DNA from: a virus
Lineage: Duplodnaviria > Caudoviricetes
Strand: one strand, 5' to 3'
IMG/VR virus record: IMGVR_UViG_3300031867_000006
Location: 101,770 to 165,769 of that record
Length of the DNA: 64,000 bases
Shown: piece after piece, positions 43,101 through 54,100 of the stretch
Position numbering within the stretch: position 1 is the stretch's first letter
Layout: each line of letters opens with the position of its first letter
The notes under the pieces: model-generated
The model's input: only the letters and a program-made list of their open reading frames with translations
What the model was told of the DNA's origin: nothing
Databases searched by the model: none
Made by a program: the position numbers and the translations under genes

Positions 43101-44921
43101 AGTTAGTAGAGTAATCTGCTAATTCTCCCGTGTTAAAACTGCGACTAATCGGTCAAGAGCCTTACAGCTAAATTATATTTAGTAGCGAAAGCAGAAACAA
43201 GTGTAAGGATGGTAGTATGGTTAAATCCTATAGCTACTATTAACAAGCCGACGTGCAGTTACGAATTTAATATACTAACTTCTAATTAATACCATTTATT
43301 ACGTTAATAAAAATGCATTAATTAGGAGGTTGCACATGTTCAAACAAATAAAAAATTATGGTGGAGGAACTTATTATATTAATGAATCTGGAATAGTAAT
43401 GAATAAAAACGGCCATGTAATGAGAAGCGCAAAAAGTGATAATGGGTATTTAAGAACTTCATTAGAAGATCCAATTACCCATAAACGTAAAAACCTTTCT
43501 ATACATAGATTGGTTGCTGAAACTTTTATTCCTAATCCAGATAATTTGCCAGTTGTTATGCATAAAGATAATGATTCATTAAATAATCATGTATCTAACC
43601 TTAAATGGGGTACTGTTAGTGAAAATACTAAACAGGCATATGAAGACGGTAGAGCAGTTTCTCCAAATAAAGGCGTACATCGCACAAATAAATACCAAGT
43701 ATATAATGAAGAACTTAATGATTATATTACTTGTGATTGCAGAACAGATGTTGCTGAATTAATCCAATATGCTGAGATAAGTCTTAAAAATATGGTAGGT
43801 AATGATAGAGAAATAGCTCTTGGACCATACAAAGGTTATAAAATTAGGCGTAAAAAAGAAATGTGCAAAATAAAAACTAAAAAGAAAAAGTATATTAAAA
43901 CGTTTAACGACTATCCTTTAGCGAAGGAGTAAAACCGCAAGTTAATGGCGGAAGAAAAATACGGCTCCTCTTACTATAATAAGAGGATGGACATATAGTC
44001 TGATCATATCCTGTAATGGGAATGTGTGGAAGTGACCACAGTATATAGAGTTGCGTCTATATATAAACAAAAAATGTTGGCGCGCCAGTGGTGGCTATGC
44101 TTAATAAGATGGGTCTTAAACGTAATATGTATTATGAGATTAAGGACAAAGTCTTAGAAGAACGCCAAGACGGGGTTAGAGCTTACAAACAAAAAGTAAG
44201 AGTAAAAGAATTTGGTATTCACAGTACGGCTGCCATTCGTAAGATCTTAATAGATATACTTATAGATAGAGTAGAGCATCATAAAGATAAGATTATATCA
44301 CCTATAATATATAATGAGCTTCTTGGTATGGAGATCAAAAAGGGTGGTAAAGTAGAGCATTCTGATAATACCCACGACGATCAGATCTTTAGTATGCTCA
44401 TGGCATTGTATGTATGGTATGAAGGCGTAAACTTAGCAGAACGTTATGGTATACGCAAGACTACCATTAAGACAGATGAAGACATTGATGAAGAACTTAA
44501 TATCTATGATAGCAATACTGTAGAGATAGTCGAGCATTTCAATGTAGAGACTCCTCTTAATGAAGAGATTCAGAGAGATATAGATGCTCTTATGAAAGCT
44601 CATGGTATTACATTAGATGAGTTCTTAGAGAAGAGACATAAAGAAGAGCAGGCTCAATATAGAGCTTTACTCAATACACCGCTTGGGCAAGAAGCATATC
44701 GCCAGCAATATAATATTCCTAAAGATATTCCTATAGAGAAATTTGTTGGTGATGCTAGCGAAACAGCCATACCAGATTCTGTATTTACATCATTCTATGA
44801 TTCTGATAAGATCTTTGGTGCATCAGATGATGAATATGGTGAAATAGATATGGGACCTAGAGCTGTGCCTGCTGGTGAAGCAATGAATAATCCTACATAT
44901 AGAAGCAGGTTTAATTTTTAA
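40158..44921 (+). CDS. terL: Terminase large subunit; four exons 40158-40596, 41654-42108, 42466-43056 and 44076-44921 (~776 aa)
   Basis: Splicing restores Walker A APRQVGKT, ITTTP|GFM and VERNG|VGAP; Walker B WFDEYAF, nuclease IGVDVA and THDD; exon total of 2331 nt is in frame; last junction +/-1 nt. Confidence 0.9.
40597..41653 (+). mobile_element. Group I intron 1 of terL, with endonuclease ORF
   Basis: AATTGCTGGGAA, AATCAGCAG, GTTCAACGACTA, GATATAGTCT; terminal G. Confidence 0.88.
40830..41459 (+). CDS. Intron-encoded homing endonuclease
   Basis: WLKMVSRC....DYPRYGLIGVDV..EWLTFANY..D...QLDKD...YSKDTCIW. Confidence 0.8.
   Translation: MINIDFNKIYHTKSYGDFKIIENLGYINGDSRLWVKIKFLTTGYERIIRQDHLYRPNLDIQDPYYPRIFGCACMGEGVGARDEYKPDYDRWLKMVSRCRNEEDKDYPRYGLIGVDVDEEWLTFANYYHDIKELPGYRFKQAYPQKFQLDKDYLQYDVPPEEKIYSKDTCIWAEKSINSKMTKTNTHEIPEIDYVDRQGNPKRMTMCKII
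42109..42465 (+). mobile_element. Group I intron 2 of terL, ORF-less (357 nt)
   Basis: P1 GCCT/GGGC with U-G pair; AATTGCTGGAAA, TATCAGCAAC, GTTCAACGACTA, GATATAGTCT; ends ...TTATG. Confidence 0.88.
43057..44075 (+). mobile_element. Group I intron 3 of terL, with HNH ORF (ends +/-1 nt)
   Basis: TTTAACGACTA and CATATAGTCT P7 elements; interrupts VERNG|VG. Confidence 0.8.
43330..43932 (+). CDS. NUMOD4/HNH homing endonuclease (I-HmuI-like)
   Basis: IHRLVAETFIPNPDNLPVVMHKDNDSLNNHVSNLKWGTVSEN. Confidence 0.9.
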   Translation: MHMFKQIKNYGGGTYYINESGIVMNKNGHVMRSAKSDNGYLRTSLEDPITHKRKNLSIHRLVAETFIPNPDNLPVVMHKDNDSLNNHVSNLKWGTVSENTKQAYEDGRAVSPNKGVHRTNKYQVYNEELNDYITCDCRTDVAELIQYAEISLKNMVGNDREIALGPYKGYKIRRKKEMCKIKTKKKKYIKTFNDYPLAKE

Positions 44922-45010
44922 ACACTATGTAACAAAAAAAATAATGAGTTGGGCATGGCAGCTCATTATTGGGTGTATAAATTCACCTCCTTTCTATAAA
45001 AATATGAATG

Positions 45011-45205
45011 TTATTTACGGGTTACATATGAGTATTTTATCGAATAGAAATTACCAAACAACTTCTTCGATTTAAATACAAATTCCGGATCAGTATAAGG
45101 TTTGATACGACCCTTAGATATTAACGACATTGTGGCTGTCGTTTTTATCATATCAAATGAATTTGATTTGCTCATATTATCACCTCCCTTCGATTGGGTT
45201 ACCAC
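45011..45205 (-). CDS. Small basic protein
   Basis: GGAGGTG RBS before MSKSNSF; class-1-like motif at ~45257. Confidence 0.5.
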   Translation of the reverse strand: MVTQSKGGDNMSKSNSFDMIKTTATMSLISKGRIKPYTDPEFVFKSKKLFGNFYSIKYSYVTRK

Positions 45206-45386
45206 CCCTAAACCAAAGAGAAATGATTGATATAATCCATGCCATTATATCATATCTATATTATACGATTATATTTTAGAACTTTGACAATTCCCTAGGC
45301 ATTTTAGCCTAGGGAGTTCTTTCTGTACAATATTATTAGTTTACAGACAATTAATTAAAATCTATATTCTAAGGAGGGTACTTATA

Positions 45387-46190
45387 ATGGAAAATCAAGA
45401 GTTATATTCCATTTCAAACGAATACGATATGGCAGAAATTATTCGCCATTTCGATTCTAATATGATCATTGATATTATTAATGATAAGCTTAATAATATC
45501 AATTATGCTGTTTCTTTGCCAGAACCTAATATAATATCTGCATTTGAAGCTCAGTTCAAAGTAATGGAAGAACAGTATGCTGGTGATGCACAGAATATTA
45601 GAAATATCAGAGAGAGTATATACAGGATTATTATCGATCTGCTTTGTAATAGGTTCAATCTACAGTTTAATACTGTAGACGATACTATCGATCTCTATAT
45701 GGCAGCGTACTATATTTATGACTTCTTAGTATGCAACAGGAATAATATTACTACCAACTTCTTCACAGCGTTCATCATCAACAATAAGGATAGTCTCTAT
45801 CAGGCTATTAGCTATGAGAATGGTACATCAAAGTCTAGAGACATTACATCTAATTACGGCAAGCTTATGTATTCCGATAAGACATATGTATATCTGGCCG
45901 CAAACATGGTTAAAGTATTGAAGCATATTTCAACTCTGGATATTACATTGCTAAATATCTTCCAGAGTACATATAGTGATGTAATGCTGGTTCAGCAGCT
46001 TGATAATACATTTGCTGATAAAGGCAATTTCTTTAGGGATCATTATTGCTCTATTATTAATAATCCCGATGTGCTTCCGGTAGTGGTAACTAATATTAAG
46101 CTCCAGCTTCAGCAGAACGTTGGTAATATATCACCACAGAATATTTCTTCCATTATTGATATGGTGCAACCTAAGGAGGAATCTAAATAA
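45387..46190 (+). CDS. Hypothetical protein (late)
   Basis: AAGGAGG RBS; GACA-N6-TA upstream. Confidence 0.75.
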   Translation: MENQELYSISNEYDMAEIIRHFDSNMIIDIINDKLNNINYAVSLPEPNIISAFEAQFKVMEEQYAGDAQNIRNIRESIYRIIIDLLCNRFNLQFNTVDDTIDLYMAAYYIYDFLVCNRNNITTNFFTAFIINNKDSLYQAISYENGTSKSRDITSNYGKLMYSDKTYVYLAANMVKVLKHISTLDITLLNIFQSTYSDVMLVQQLDNTFADKGNFFRDHYCSIINNPDVLPVVVTNIKLQLQQNVGNISPQNISSIIDMVQPKEESK

Positions 46191-46478
46191 ATGAGAAGAA
46201 ATGATATTATGCTTATTATTGTAAGCACTATTTTAATCATTAAAAGTACTATTGGCATTTATAATACTATGCATCAGCCTAAGAAGCTTAGCGATGATGA
46301 AATATATCAAAACGCATGTGAATATCTCAATGATAGGGATTATGTAAATGGGATTAAAACATTGTGTACTATGAGTGATGATAGCTATAGAGATGATTAT
46401 ATCTCTGAAGTGCTTTATGTAGTCGGAGCAGAAGCCGTCGATGAATATAAGCTTGAGAAAGGAGAAGAAATTGATTAA
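46191..46478 (+). CDS. Small protein with N-terminal TM/signal segment
   Basis: IMLIIVSTILIIKSTIGI. Confidence 0.6.
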   Translation: MRRNDIMLIIVSTILIIKSTIGIYNTMHQPKKLSDDEIYQNACEYLNDRDYVNGIKTLCTMSDDSYRDDYISEVLYVVGAEAVDEYKLEKGEEID

Positions 46479-46917
46479 ATCATTGAAATTTAGTTCCATC
46501 TTCAACCCTGATGATGGGTATTACTATATGAGGTGGTTTGAGGATATTAAATACAAGAAGTCTTATCTTGTGGATATTCTTCTTAAGAAAAACTATCTTA
46601 ATATAGCGGAACAGACCATTCCGTTTATGTGCGATCTTAGTGAAGAAAAATTTACTGATTTGAGCAAGTTTACTAAAATCGGCAGAGTTATTGATATAGA
46701 TATCGGTGAAAATAATGCTGCTGTTGAGATTGACGATAAGTATAAGGATTTTGTAGAGCAGTATGATGATGCGTTATTTGGATTTATACTGAATGGAGAA
46801 ATCTCTGAAAATCCAGATACTGACGGTAAGCGTATATTAAGTATATCGGATATTACAGGCTTCCAGTTTTGTTATGAAGATATGAAAACATTCGAGGAGA
46901 TGAAAAATGGAGAATAA
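46441..46917 (+). CDS. Hypothetical protein
   Basis: ORF in operon; start uncertain. Confidence 0.6.
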   Translation: MNISLRKEKKLIKSLKFSSIFNPDDGYYYMRWFEDIKYKKSYLVDILLKKNYLNIAEQTIPFMCDLSEEKFTDLSKFTKIGRVIDIDIGENNAAVEIDDKYKDFVEQYDDALFGFILNGEISENPDTDGKRILSISDITGFQFCYEDMKTFEEMKNGE

Positions 46918-47932
46918 AGAACTTACAAAAGAAGAGAAGAGCAAAATATACAATAAGCTCGAAGAGAATAATAATGATGCAGAGAAGCTGGCTAAAGCTA
47001 AAGAAGCTGCAGAGAATATAGAAGAGACGGAGCTCGCAGAAATGGAGATTCCTGAAGAAGTAGAGATTGCTGAATCTTCACATGATACTCTTAAGAAGAC
47101 CCTTGAAGAGCAGGGAGATTTAAGCGATGAGCAGGCTGAGACTCTCATTGAGATAATTATGGAGTATCGCAAGACTAAGACTCTGCCTACAAATGTGATG
47201 GAGTTATTACCAGTTGGTATGAAGTCGACTGTACTGAGTATGACTGGAACAAAGCTTAATAGTGGTAGGAAAATTACCCGTACAGAAGCTCTTTGCTTTG
47301 TACTGGATAGCTTCATTAATGATGCTGATATGAATCAGCTCATTGTAGATTACGAAGAGGAGATGAACAGAGCTTACATTGAGTCTAATGAAGAGCTTAA
47401 TGGATTCATCAATGATAAGTATGAAGAGCTCTTCGGCTCTGTAGATGAGATCCGCAAAGAGAATCCTGCTAAAGCAGATAGAATTGCTACTGTTAAGTCT
47501 GCATATGCTGAAGCTAAGCAGTTCTCTGGAGTCTATAAGTATATCGATGAGTTGGCCTCATTCAAGAAGCTTAAGAAGGAAGCTCAGTTCCGTTATAAGA
47601 ATAGGCTGTCATACTTCAACGTTAAGGTTAACCAGTCAGAGCTTAAGATTCCCAATATCGAGCTGTTCGTTATGGTTATCGCTAATAAGTTCGAAGACAT
47701 TGACGCTGAGACTATCAAGCTCTTCGTACTGTCAGTAATCGACTCTACAGCAAACTTGCCTATGGATCTTGAAGACAATCTCTACAATATGGCTTATGTA
47801 TATAAGCTTATTGATCAGGTTGTTGATTATGGTTATGCAGCGCCTGGATCACTTGAGGAAGATCCTGACTATGATACTATCTTTGGTAGCATCGATAAGT
47901 GCCTTAAGCTTATTCAGACAAAAAATAAATAA
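46907..47932 (+). CDS. Hypothetical acidic helical protein
   Basis: 341 aa, GAGGAG RBS, followed by a terminator hairpin. Confidence 0.75.
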   Translation: MENKELTKEEKSKIYNKLEENNNDAEKLAKAKEAAENIEETELAEMEIPEEVEIAESSHDTLKKTLEEQGDLSDEQAETLIEIIMEYRKTKTLPTNVMELLPVGMKSTVLSMTGTKLNSGRKITRTEALCFVLDSFINDADMNQLIVDYEEEMNRAYIESNEELNGFINDKYEELFGSVDEIRKENPAKADRIATVKSAYAEAKQFSGVYKYIDELASFKKLKKEAQFRYKNRLSYFNVKVNQSELKIPNIELFVMVIANKFEDIDAETIKLFVLSVIDSTANLPMDLEDNLYNMAYVYKLIDQVVDYGYAAPGSLEEDPDYDTIFGSIDKCLKLIQTKNK

Positions 47933-47990
47933 TAAGATTAAAAATAAAGGAGGTCCTAAATTGGACCTCCGATATTTTTTGCTTTGTAAA

Positions 47991-48272
47991 TTACTGCTGC
48001 TTCTTAGATTCTGCTTCGACTCTAGCCTCATCTACTTTTGCATCAAATGCAGACTTGAGACTTGCAGTTACGCAATTAAACAGGGACTGAATCTCTTCCG
48101 GATCGACCTCAATTGAATCTATCTGATAATTAATATCAAAATCAAGACCATTAAGTTCTACCACATTATTGTTGTTCCTGTCTGATCCTTCTCTAGAATC
48201 AACTCTCTTGGTGTTCTCGCTGAAGCTTGCTACGTTAAGACTAAGTTCAAAATTAATTCCAGTAATCTTCAT
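47991..48272 (-). CDS. Hypothetical protein
   Basis: RBS and class-1 motif at 48361. Confidence 0.65.
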   Translation of the reverse strand: MKITGINFELSLNVASFSENTKRVDSREGSDRNNNNVVELNGLDFDINYQIDSIEVDPEEIQSLFNCVTASLKSAFDAKVDEARVEAESKKQQ

Positions 48273-48460
48273 AATAAATACCTTCCTTTCTTTATATATA
48301 GATTAAGCACTCTTTTAATATCCACTATGGATAACTTAATCCTTGTACTTATTACACTATTATATTATGCAATTGAAATTTAGAACTTTAACACATAAGG
48401 CTCAAACATTAATATAATTAAGAGATTAATCCCTATACTTACTTAAGGAGGTATAAATAT

Positions 48461-49342
48461 ATGAACGCTCCCTACCTGGCACAACGTGCCTTCTGTTATG
48501 GTCAGACATTCTTTGATCCTGAAGTACCATATTATAATAGCGGAAATAAATATCATCGTAAGCCAGCTCCAAGACAGTTCCCGGACCATAGAAGATTCGA
48601 GGATGGCTCAGAATACATTGAGGACACATCCGGTAGTGAATCTGGTGAAATGATTAGATTCGGCGGTGAGATTCCTACAATTCTTAATATGGAATCTTAT
48701 ATTAAGAAGTCTATTGTTCTTACATTCTATGGAATGAAAGAAGAGGACGATAAGACTATTGAGCTTGAGTTAGATAAGAGATATGCTATAACCTATATAA
48801 CAGAATATGGCGTTAAGGTTGCTGATGGTTATCTTAGATATATAAGCTCATCTATTCCTGATGATTGTGTTAAATATGCTGGCAATTATAGCTCAGAAGC
48901 TATGGCTGCTTTTATCGGGATGGACTGCAGTTCTAAGGGTGTATCAGATAAGCGTAAGATTTATCTTAATACTATTAGGGCTGTAGAAGCTCTCGGAGAT
49001 GATGAGGATTATACACCACCTGCAGTAGCTGGAACTATATCAGATCTGCTTAAGATGATTCTCGATAGAGTTAATTATCTTGATAGATGTGAATGCAAAC
49101 CTGTGGTAGATTCTATCATGTCTACCGTAGGTGAGATCAAGGCTCTTCAGGAATATATGCATGAGCATGATGAGTTCAGTGTAGATCTTGATGTCAATGG
49201 CGATGGTGTTATCTCATTGGAAGAGTTGGGTATCGATGAGAATGGTAATCCAATTCCCGATATGGGCGATGATGACCCGCCTATTACACCGCCTAGCGGA
49301 AATACAGATCCAGATGAAGATCCAGTTATAGATATAGGTTAA
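48461..49342 (+). CDS. Late protein with EF-hand-like loop and acidic Pro-rich tail
   Basis: DVNGDGVISLEE matches the EF-hand loop consensus. Confidence 0.65.
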   Translation: MNAPYLAQRAFCYGQTFFDPEVPYYNSGNKYHRKPAPRQFPDHRRFEDGSEYIEDTSGSESGEMIRFGGEIPTILNMESYIKKSIVLTFYGMKEEDDKTIELELDKRYAITYITEYGVKVADGYLRYISSSIPDDCVKYAGNYSSEAMAAFIGMDCSSKGVSDKRKIYLNTIRAVEALGDDEDYTPPAVAGTISDLLKMILDRVNYLDRCECKPVVDSIMSTVGEIKALQEYMHEHDEFSVDLDVNGDGVISLEELGIDENGNPIPDMGDDDPPITPPSGNTDPDEDPVIDIG

Positions 49343-49429
49343 GAGATAAATCCCCCTAGGCTACTATGCCTAGAGGGTTCTTTTTGTAACTGGATGACAT
49401 TTGATTAAATCTATTAAGGAGGTTACAAT

Positions 49430-50215
49430 ATGGCTACTTACTATAAGATAGATAATGATAAAACTATATTTACCGGAGATGGTGAATTGATATACTTCGT
49501 GCCGGAGAAATACTTTGAGCTTAAAGTAGCTCAGATATATGGTCAGTATGTAGAACTTATAGGCATATTTGATTACGGCTTATTCGATGCTAAAGGCAAG
49601 AAGCTTAAAATTGGTAGATTTAATTTACCAACTAAGTTTAAGTGTATGCCTAAGGAGATTCGTAAGGAGAAAAACTTTAAACTCGAAGGTACTAAAGAAG
49701 CAAAGGATTATAGACTACTATGCTTCTACAAAGGTGATGAGTTAATCTCATCTAATCATGTTCCTAAAGATGTGTCTAATGTAGAGATGTTTGTAAATCT
49801 GCTGTTTGGTGCTAATCTACCAGACAATATACCATATGATGATTTATATAAGTATATGCTGAATAATGCAGATGCTAATGGGTTCAACTATAATGCACCG
49901 CCTCAGCTTATTGGATTGCTTATATCAGAATTATGTAGGGACGCAAGAGATCTCTCCAAAGAGTTCAGATATACAGACATGAAGGATATGACTGCATATA
50001 AAATGATACCAATAGCCAGAGTGCCTAAATATGCTAGTCCATATCAGGCTATTACATCAGAGAATGCTGATGAGGCAGTAGCATTTGCTATGACGGCTAA
50101 GAATAATATACCTTCACCATTAGAGCATATAATGATGGAAGATACTGTTATGTATAACCCGGATGATTTCTTCTCGGAAGAGTATGTACCTTTCTCGGAA
50201 ACCCAGCAGTTTTGA
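49430..50215 (+). CDS. Hypothetical late protein
   Basis: AAGGAGG RBS; GACA-N6-TA upstream. Confidence 0.75.
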   Translation: MATYYKIDNDKTIFTGDGELIYFVPEKYFELKVAQIYGQYVELIGIFDYGLFDAKGKKLKIGRFNLPTKFKCMPKEIRKEKNFKLEGTKEAKDYRLLCFYKGDELISSNHVPKDVSNVEMFVNLLFGANLPDNIPYDDLYKYMLNNADANGFNYNAPPQLIGLLISELCRDARDLSKEFRYTDMKDMTAYKMIPIARVPKYASPYQAITSENADEAVAFAMTAKNNIPSPLEHIMMEDTVMYNPDDFFSEEYVPFSETQQF

Positions 50216-50293
50216 ATAACATATTAGTAAGCTTACCGGCTTTTATTTATTATAATAAATAAAAACTAAAAAAATAAGGAGGTAATTTCGAAG

Positions 50294-52156
50294 ATGAAAG
50301 GTTATCCTAAATTTAAAGCCGAGATAATTGATCAAAGCCAGATTCAGGAAATCGAAACTTCTACCCTCGCGAGTGGTAACATCACTGTGATTGCTCAACC
50401 TTATACATCTGACAAAGGAACCGAAGACTGGGAAGTAATGACCGAGTTTGATGGTTTTACAGATCTTAAAGGCGCAATTAGTTTCAATCGCCATGGACAG
50501 GCTCAGCTTACCGTTGCTGAGATTCTTCGTAATGGCGGTATCGTCCTCGGGAAGCGCATGGTGTCGGATGACGCAACCCTGGCAAACGTTACTATTCGTG
50601 CTCGTGTGGTGACAGTTGGAACAACCTCTTATCTGTATCTCTATTCAATGAGTAATGGATCAGCTAAAGACTTTGGCGAAGCTAAGGACTATGGATATGC
50701 TGGTTTTGACTTTGAGAATCCTGTATTGGAAGATGGTACAGTTGATGTTCCTTTGTTCACTGTAACTCCTATGGGTAGGGGTGTAAGCAACATCTGGTTC
50801 AGAGTTGTTCCCGGCTATAATACAAATCGTATGCGTACTTCGTATATCAATTATACGTTTGAAGTTTATGATACAGATACTCTCCTTGAGTCAATCGTAT
50901 TTACGATGAATCCGAATGTTATCGTAAATGGTACTTCACAGGCTATGAACCCTAAGGTTAAGTATAACTCTAAGCAGGTTCAGGTTAATATGTACGATGA
51001 TGGTGTAAGCGCACTTGTTAGTGCTCTTGCTGCTACGGTTACACTTGAAGATGAAGCCCTTACAGCAGATGAGCTGTTAAATTATGACTTCATCAATGGA
51101 TATAATCTGAAGGGCTCAGTAAGACTTGGCGGTCTTATGACAGCGTTAGATTCTAATGCTGCTGGTACCGATGAGTGGTCTGCTAACAAGCCTTCTGATA
51201 TTACTGACGCTGTTGTTGATCTTCAGAATGTTGCTGGTATTTCATTACCTAATGGTACTTATGGTGCTATGGGTACAAGACCTGTAAACAACGCTGAGGA
51301 GTATGAGAAGATGCTTCTTGCTACATTTGGAGCAAATACAGCTTCTCGCAATTATAGTCCTAGAATTTATGATCTTGATAAGTACAAGATCGATGCAATC
51401 TTTGACGCTAATTGGCCTGTATCTGTAAAGAGGCAGGTTGTTAATGTAGCTGACTTCCGTGGTGATCTGATGTTCTTCACAGATCTTGGAATGGAGTACA
51501 GCGACATTGACTCTATTTGTGATGCTTCGTACAATATTCCTAAGTCAAGGAATGTTGCTATCTATCACAACTTCTGCAACGTTTATGATCCTTACAGCAA
51601 GCGTGAGATCACAGTTACACTGCCTTATCTGCTTGCAATCAAGATGGTTGCACATCTTAACCGTGGCGTGGCTAGGCCTTTTGCAGGTATCGCTAATGAG
51701 ATTACTTTCGATGATATTATCATTGATGGAACACTCAATTGCGAGCCGTTTATCGTTCCCGGTAGAGATGAGAAGCAGATGCTTGTTGATTGTAACATAA
51801 ACTACATTAGCTACTATAATGAAGTGCCTGTCATGGATACTATGTATACCAATAATGACGAGCATTCTCAGCTTAGCTATGTAAGTAACGTTATGAACGT
51901 ACAGCAGATCATTAAGAGACTTCGTAGCGAATGTCCTGCAATGAGATATACATTCACCGATGGTGAAGATCTGGATAAGTACATCGAGGATATTAATACT
52001 ATTCTCGAAGAGTACAAATCCCAGTTCAATTCTATCACATGCCAGTACATGTATGATGAGTCATACGAGCTGCAGAAGATTTTCTATGCGACACTCGTAG
52101 TTAAGTTCAGGGAGTTCTTCGATGAGGAGTACTTCAAGATCACAGCAATTAACTAG
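50294..52156 (+). CDS. Tail sheath protein
   Basis: 620 aa; C-terminal sheath-like region (PFAGIAN...NINYISY...SYVSNVMNVQQIIK); precedes a tube-sized gene. Confidence 0.75.
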   Translation: MKGYPKFKAEIIDQSQIQEIETSTLASGNITVIAQPYTSDKGTEDWEVMTEFDGFTDLKGAISFNRHGQAQLTVAEILRNGGIVLGKRMVSDDATLANVTIRARVVTVGTTSYLYLYSMSNGSAKDFGEAKDYGYAGFDFENPVLEDGTVDVPLFTVTPMGRGVSNIWFRVVPGYNTNRMRTSYINYTFEVYDTDTLLESIVFTMNPNVIVNGTSQAMNPKVKYNSKQVQVNMYDDGVSALVSALAATVTLEDEALTADELLNYDFINGYNLKGSVRLGGLMTALDSNAAGTDEWSANKPSDITDAVVDLQNVAGISLPNGTYGAMGTRPVNNAEEYEKMLLATFGANTASRNYSPRIYDLDKYKIDAIFDANWPVSVKRQVVNVADFRGDLMFFTDLGMEYSDIDSICDASYNIPKSRNVAIYHNFCNVYDPYSKREITVTLPYLLAIKMVAHLNRGVARPFAGIANEITFDDIIIDGTLNCEPFIVPGRDEKQMLVDCNINYISYYNEVPVMDTMYTNNDEHSQLSYVSNVMNVQQIIKRLRSECPAMRYTFTDGEDLDKYIEDINTILEEYKSQFNSITCQYMYDESYELQKIFYATLVVKFREFFDEEYFKITAIN

Positions 52157-52173
52157 GAAAGGAGGGAACGATA

Positions 52174-53100
52174 ATGGCTGCATCTGATTACAAAATCAAG
52201 AATCCTGGAAAAAATCAGCTTGTTACTGATATTTTCGGCGGCACTAAAAAGTTTAAAGACGTTAGCACATATCGTCTTATGCGTGGCGTTCCTGACTTTG
52301 GTTCTCTCGTACAGTTTAATCCTTACGAGACAGGTTATGCTGCGTTCATCATCTGCCAGCTTCCCAAGTTTATTCAGAAGTTAGCTGAAAAGACTAGTGG
52401 GGACAATAGCTACAGATCACTTATCCAGAACTGGGCTCATATTATCGAGTATGAATTCAAGTCATTTGATGGTCTTGAAGACATCTCTACTGAGACTATT
52501 CAGCTCGGCGACGACCTTAATAGCATCAATGTTATTAATAAGGTTAATATGCAGTCCGCATCTGACTTTACACTTACTTATGATGAGAAGTCTGGTTCTC
52601 CTCTGACTAAGTTTGCTAAGCTTTATCTGTTTGGTATTAAAGATCCTCGTACACAGGTTAAGACATATCATGGTCTTATCTACGATGGAGTTATGGAGCC
52701 TGGATTTGAAAATGAAGTATTCACTTTCTTATTTATGACTACCGATAATACCATGCGCAAGATTGAGTCTGCATATCTCATTATCGCAGCTCAGCTCATG
52801 CAGGCTGATACCAGTATCTACAACTACACCAAGGGTGATATTGGTAAGAGGGAGATTTCTGTAAGGTTTAACGGCTATCCGATTCAGTCTAGTAAGATTG
52901 ATTTGGCCGCTCAGGAGATGCTTGATTATCTGCTTAGCGCAGACGCAGGCGCTCGTCAAATCATCGTTAATTCGCTTAACTATGATTACACGGGTCAGGA
53001 GCTTATTGGTAAAACTACTAATAGCTACGGTGGATCTTCTAAGTATGCTAAGGCTGTTAATACCAAGCCTTATAAGACAGATTCCACATTGCAGTACTAA
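52174..53100 (+). CDS. Tail tube protein
   Basis: Follows the sheath gene; beta-rich with FTLTYDEKSG...GIKDPRT. Confidence 0.65.
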   Translation: MAASDYKIKNPGKNQLVTDIFGGTKKFKDVSTYRLMRGVPDFGSLVQFNPYETGYAAFIICQLPKFIQKLAEKTSGDNSYRSLIQNWAHIIEYEFKSFDGLEDISTETIQLGDDLNSINVINKVNMQSASDFTLTYDEKSGSPLTKFAKLYLFGIKDPRTQVKTYHGLIYDGVMEPGFENEVFTFLFMTTDNTMRKIESAYLIIAAQLMQADTSIYNYTKGDIGKREISVRFNGYPIQSSKIDLAAQEMLDYLLSADAGARQIIVNSLNYDYTGQELIGKTTNSYGGSSKYAKAVNTKPYKTDSTLQY

Positions 53101-53167
53101 TATTTTGTACAAGTTGTGTGCTTTGACGGCTCCTAGGGAGAAATCCCTAGGAGTTCATTTTGTCTAA

Positions 53168-54092
53168 TACGCCGATAATAAATCCATCATCAGAATCCAA
53201 GTCTAGATCAATACCATATGATCTAAATAAACCAAGGCTTGCTCTATATTGTTCAGGTAATATTTGTACACAAGTCCATCTATGATCCCATCCAATACCT
53301 CCTCTTGTACTGCTTCTAAACCACCAATGACACATCGCCGACATTAATATTAGGAAATGATTGAGCAGTAGCCCATTCGATATAATGACTTTGATAGCCA
53401 TAATGTATACAAAAACAACCTAGAGCTCTATTATCAATTCTATCTTGCGAATTAGCAGATCTATTCCACCAAGCCATCGCCGTAATTTATATTACCACCT
53501 CTATTAGCAGCCCATTCCCAATGAGGACCAATTATTGTATTAGCAGAATCAACATATGTAGCACCAAATGATATAATTTGATCGTCATATCCATTATTAT
53601 GCGTTACAGCATTCCTATACCAAAAACTCATCGCCGACATATCTTATACCATCAACACCATTCTCATGATGATGTGCAAATTGAACATTGGTTAAACCAC
53701 TAGTGAAGCATTCAACAAAAGCCATTAATGCATAATTATAACCTATATTATGATCATTATTTGGACCGGATCTGAGCCACCAGCCCATCGCCGATGCCAT
53801 CTTTCCATAAACTATGACCAGAAGTACCATCAGCATTCCAATAAGATTCCCCATTAGGATTTATCCACCCACAAAATTGTACTTTTATATTAAATTTATC
53901 ATTATTACAAGCAGATCTACAATAATATCCACACATCGCCGATATTATTTTTATAATCAAAAAAGGTATATCCAGTATTAGCATAACTAACATCACCCGT
54001 TCTTTGTATGTCTCCAAAACATGTAAATTTTTCTTGTTCATAATCATTAGTAGGATTAGATGATCCTGATCTTAACCACACCCTCATCGCCG
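53168..54092 (-). repeat. Cassette array 1: six CGGCG(ATG)-delimited coding cassettes
   Basis: CATCGCCG on + at 53333, 53475, 53629, 53786, 53934 and 54085, terminal TACGCCG at 53168; unit lengths 151, 148, 157, 154, 142, 166. Confidence 0.92.
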
Positions 54093-54100
54093 AAAAGTTA

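Noticed and set aside
43057-44075. Group II intron (starts GAGCG, could end AT)
   Set aside because: Has group I P7 elements and an HNH ORF; no domain V or RT/maturase visible
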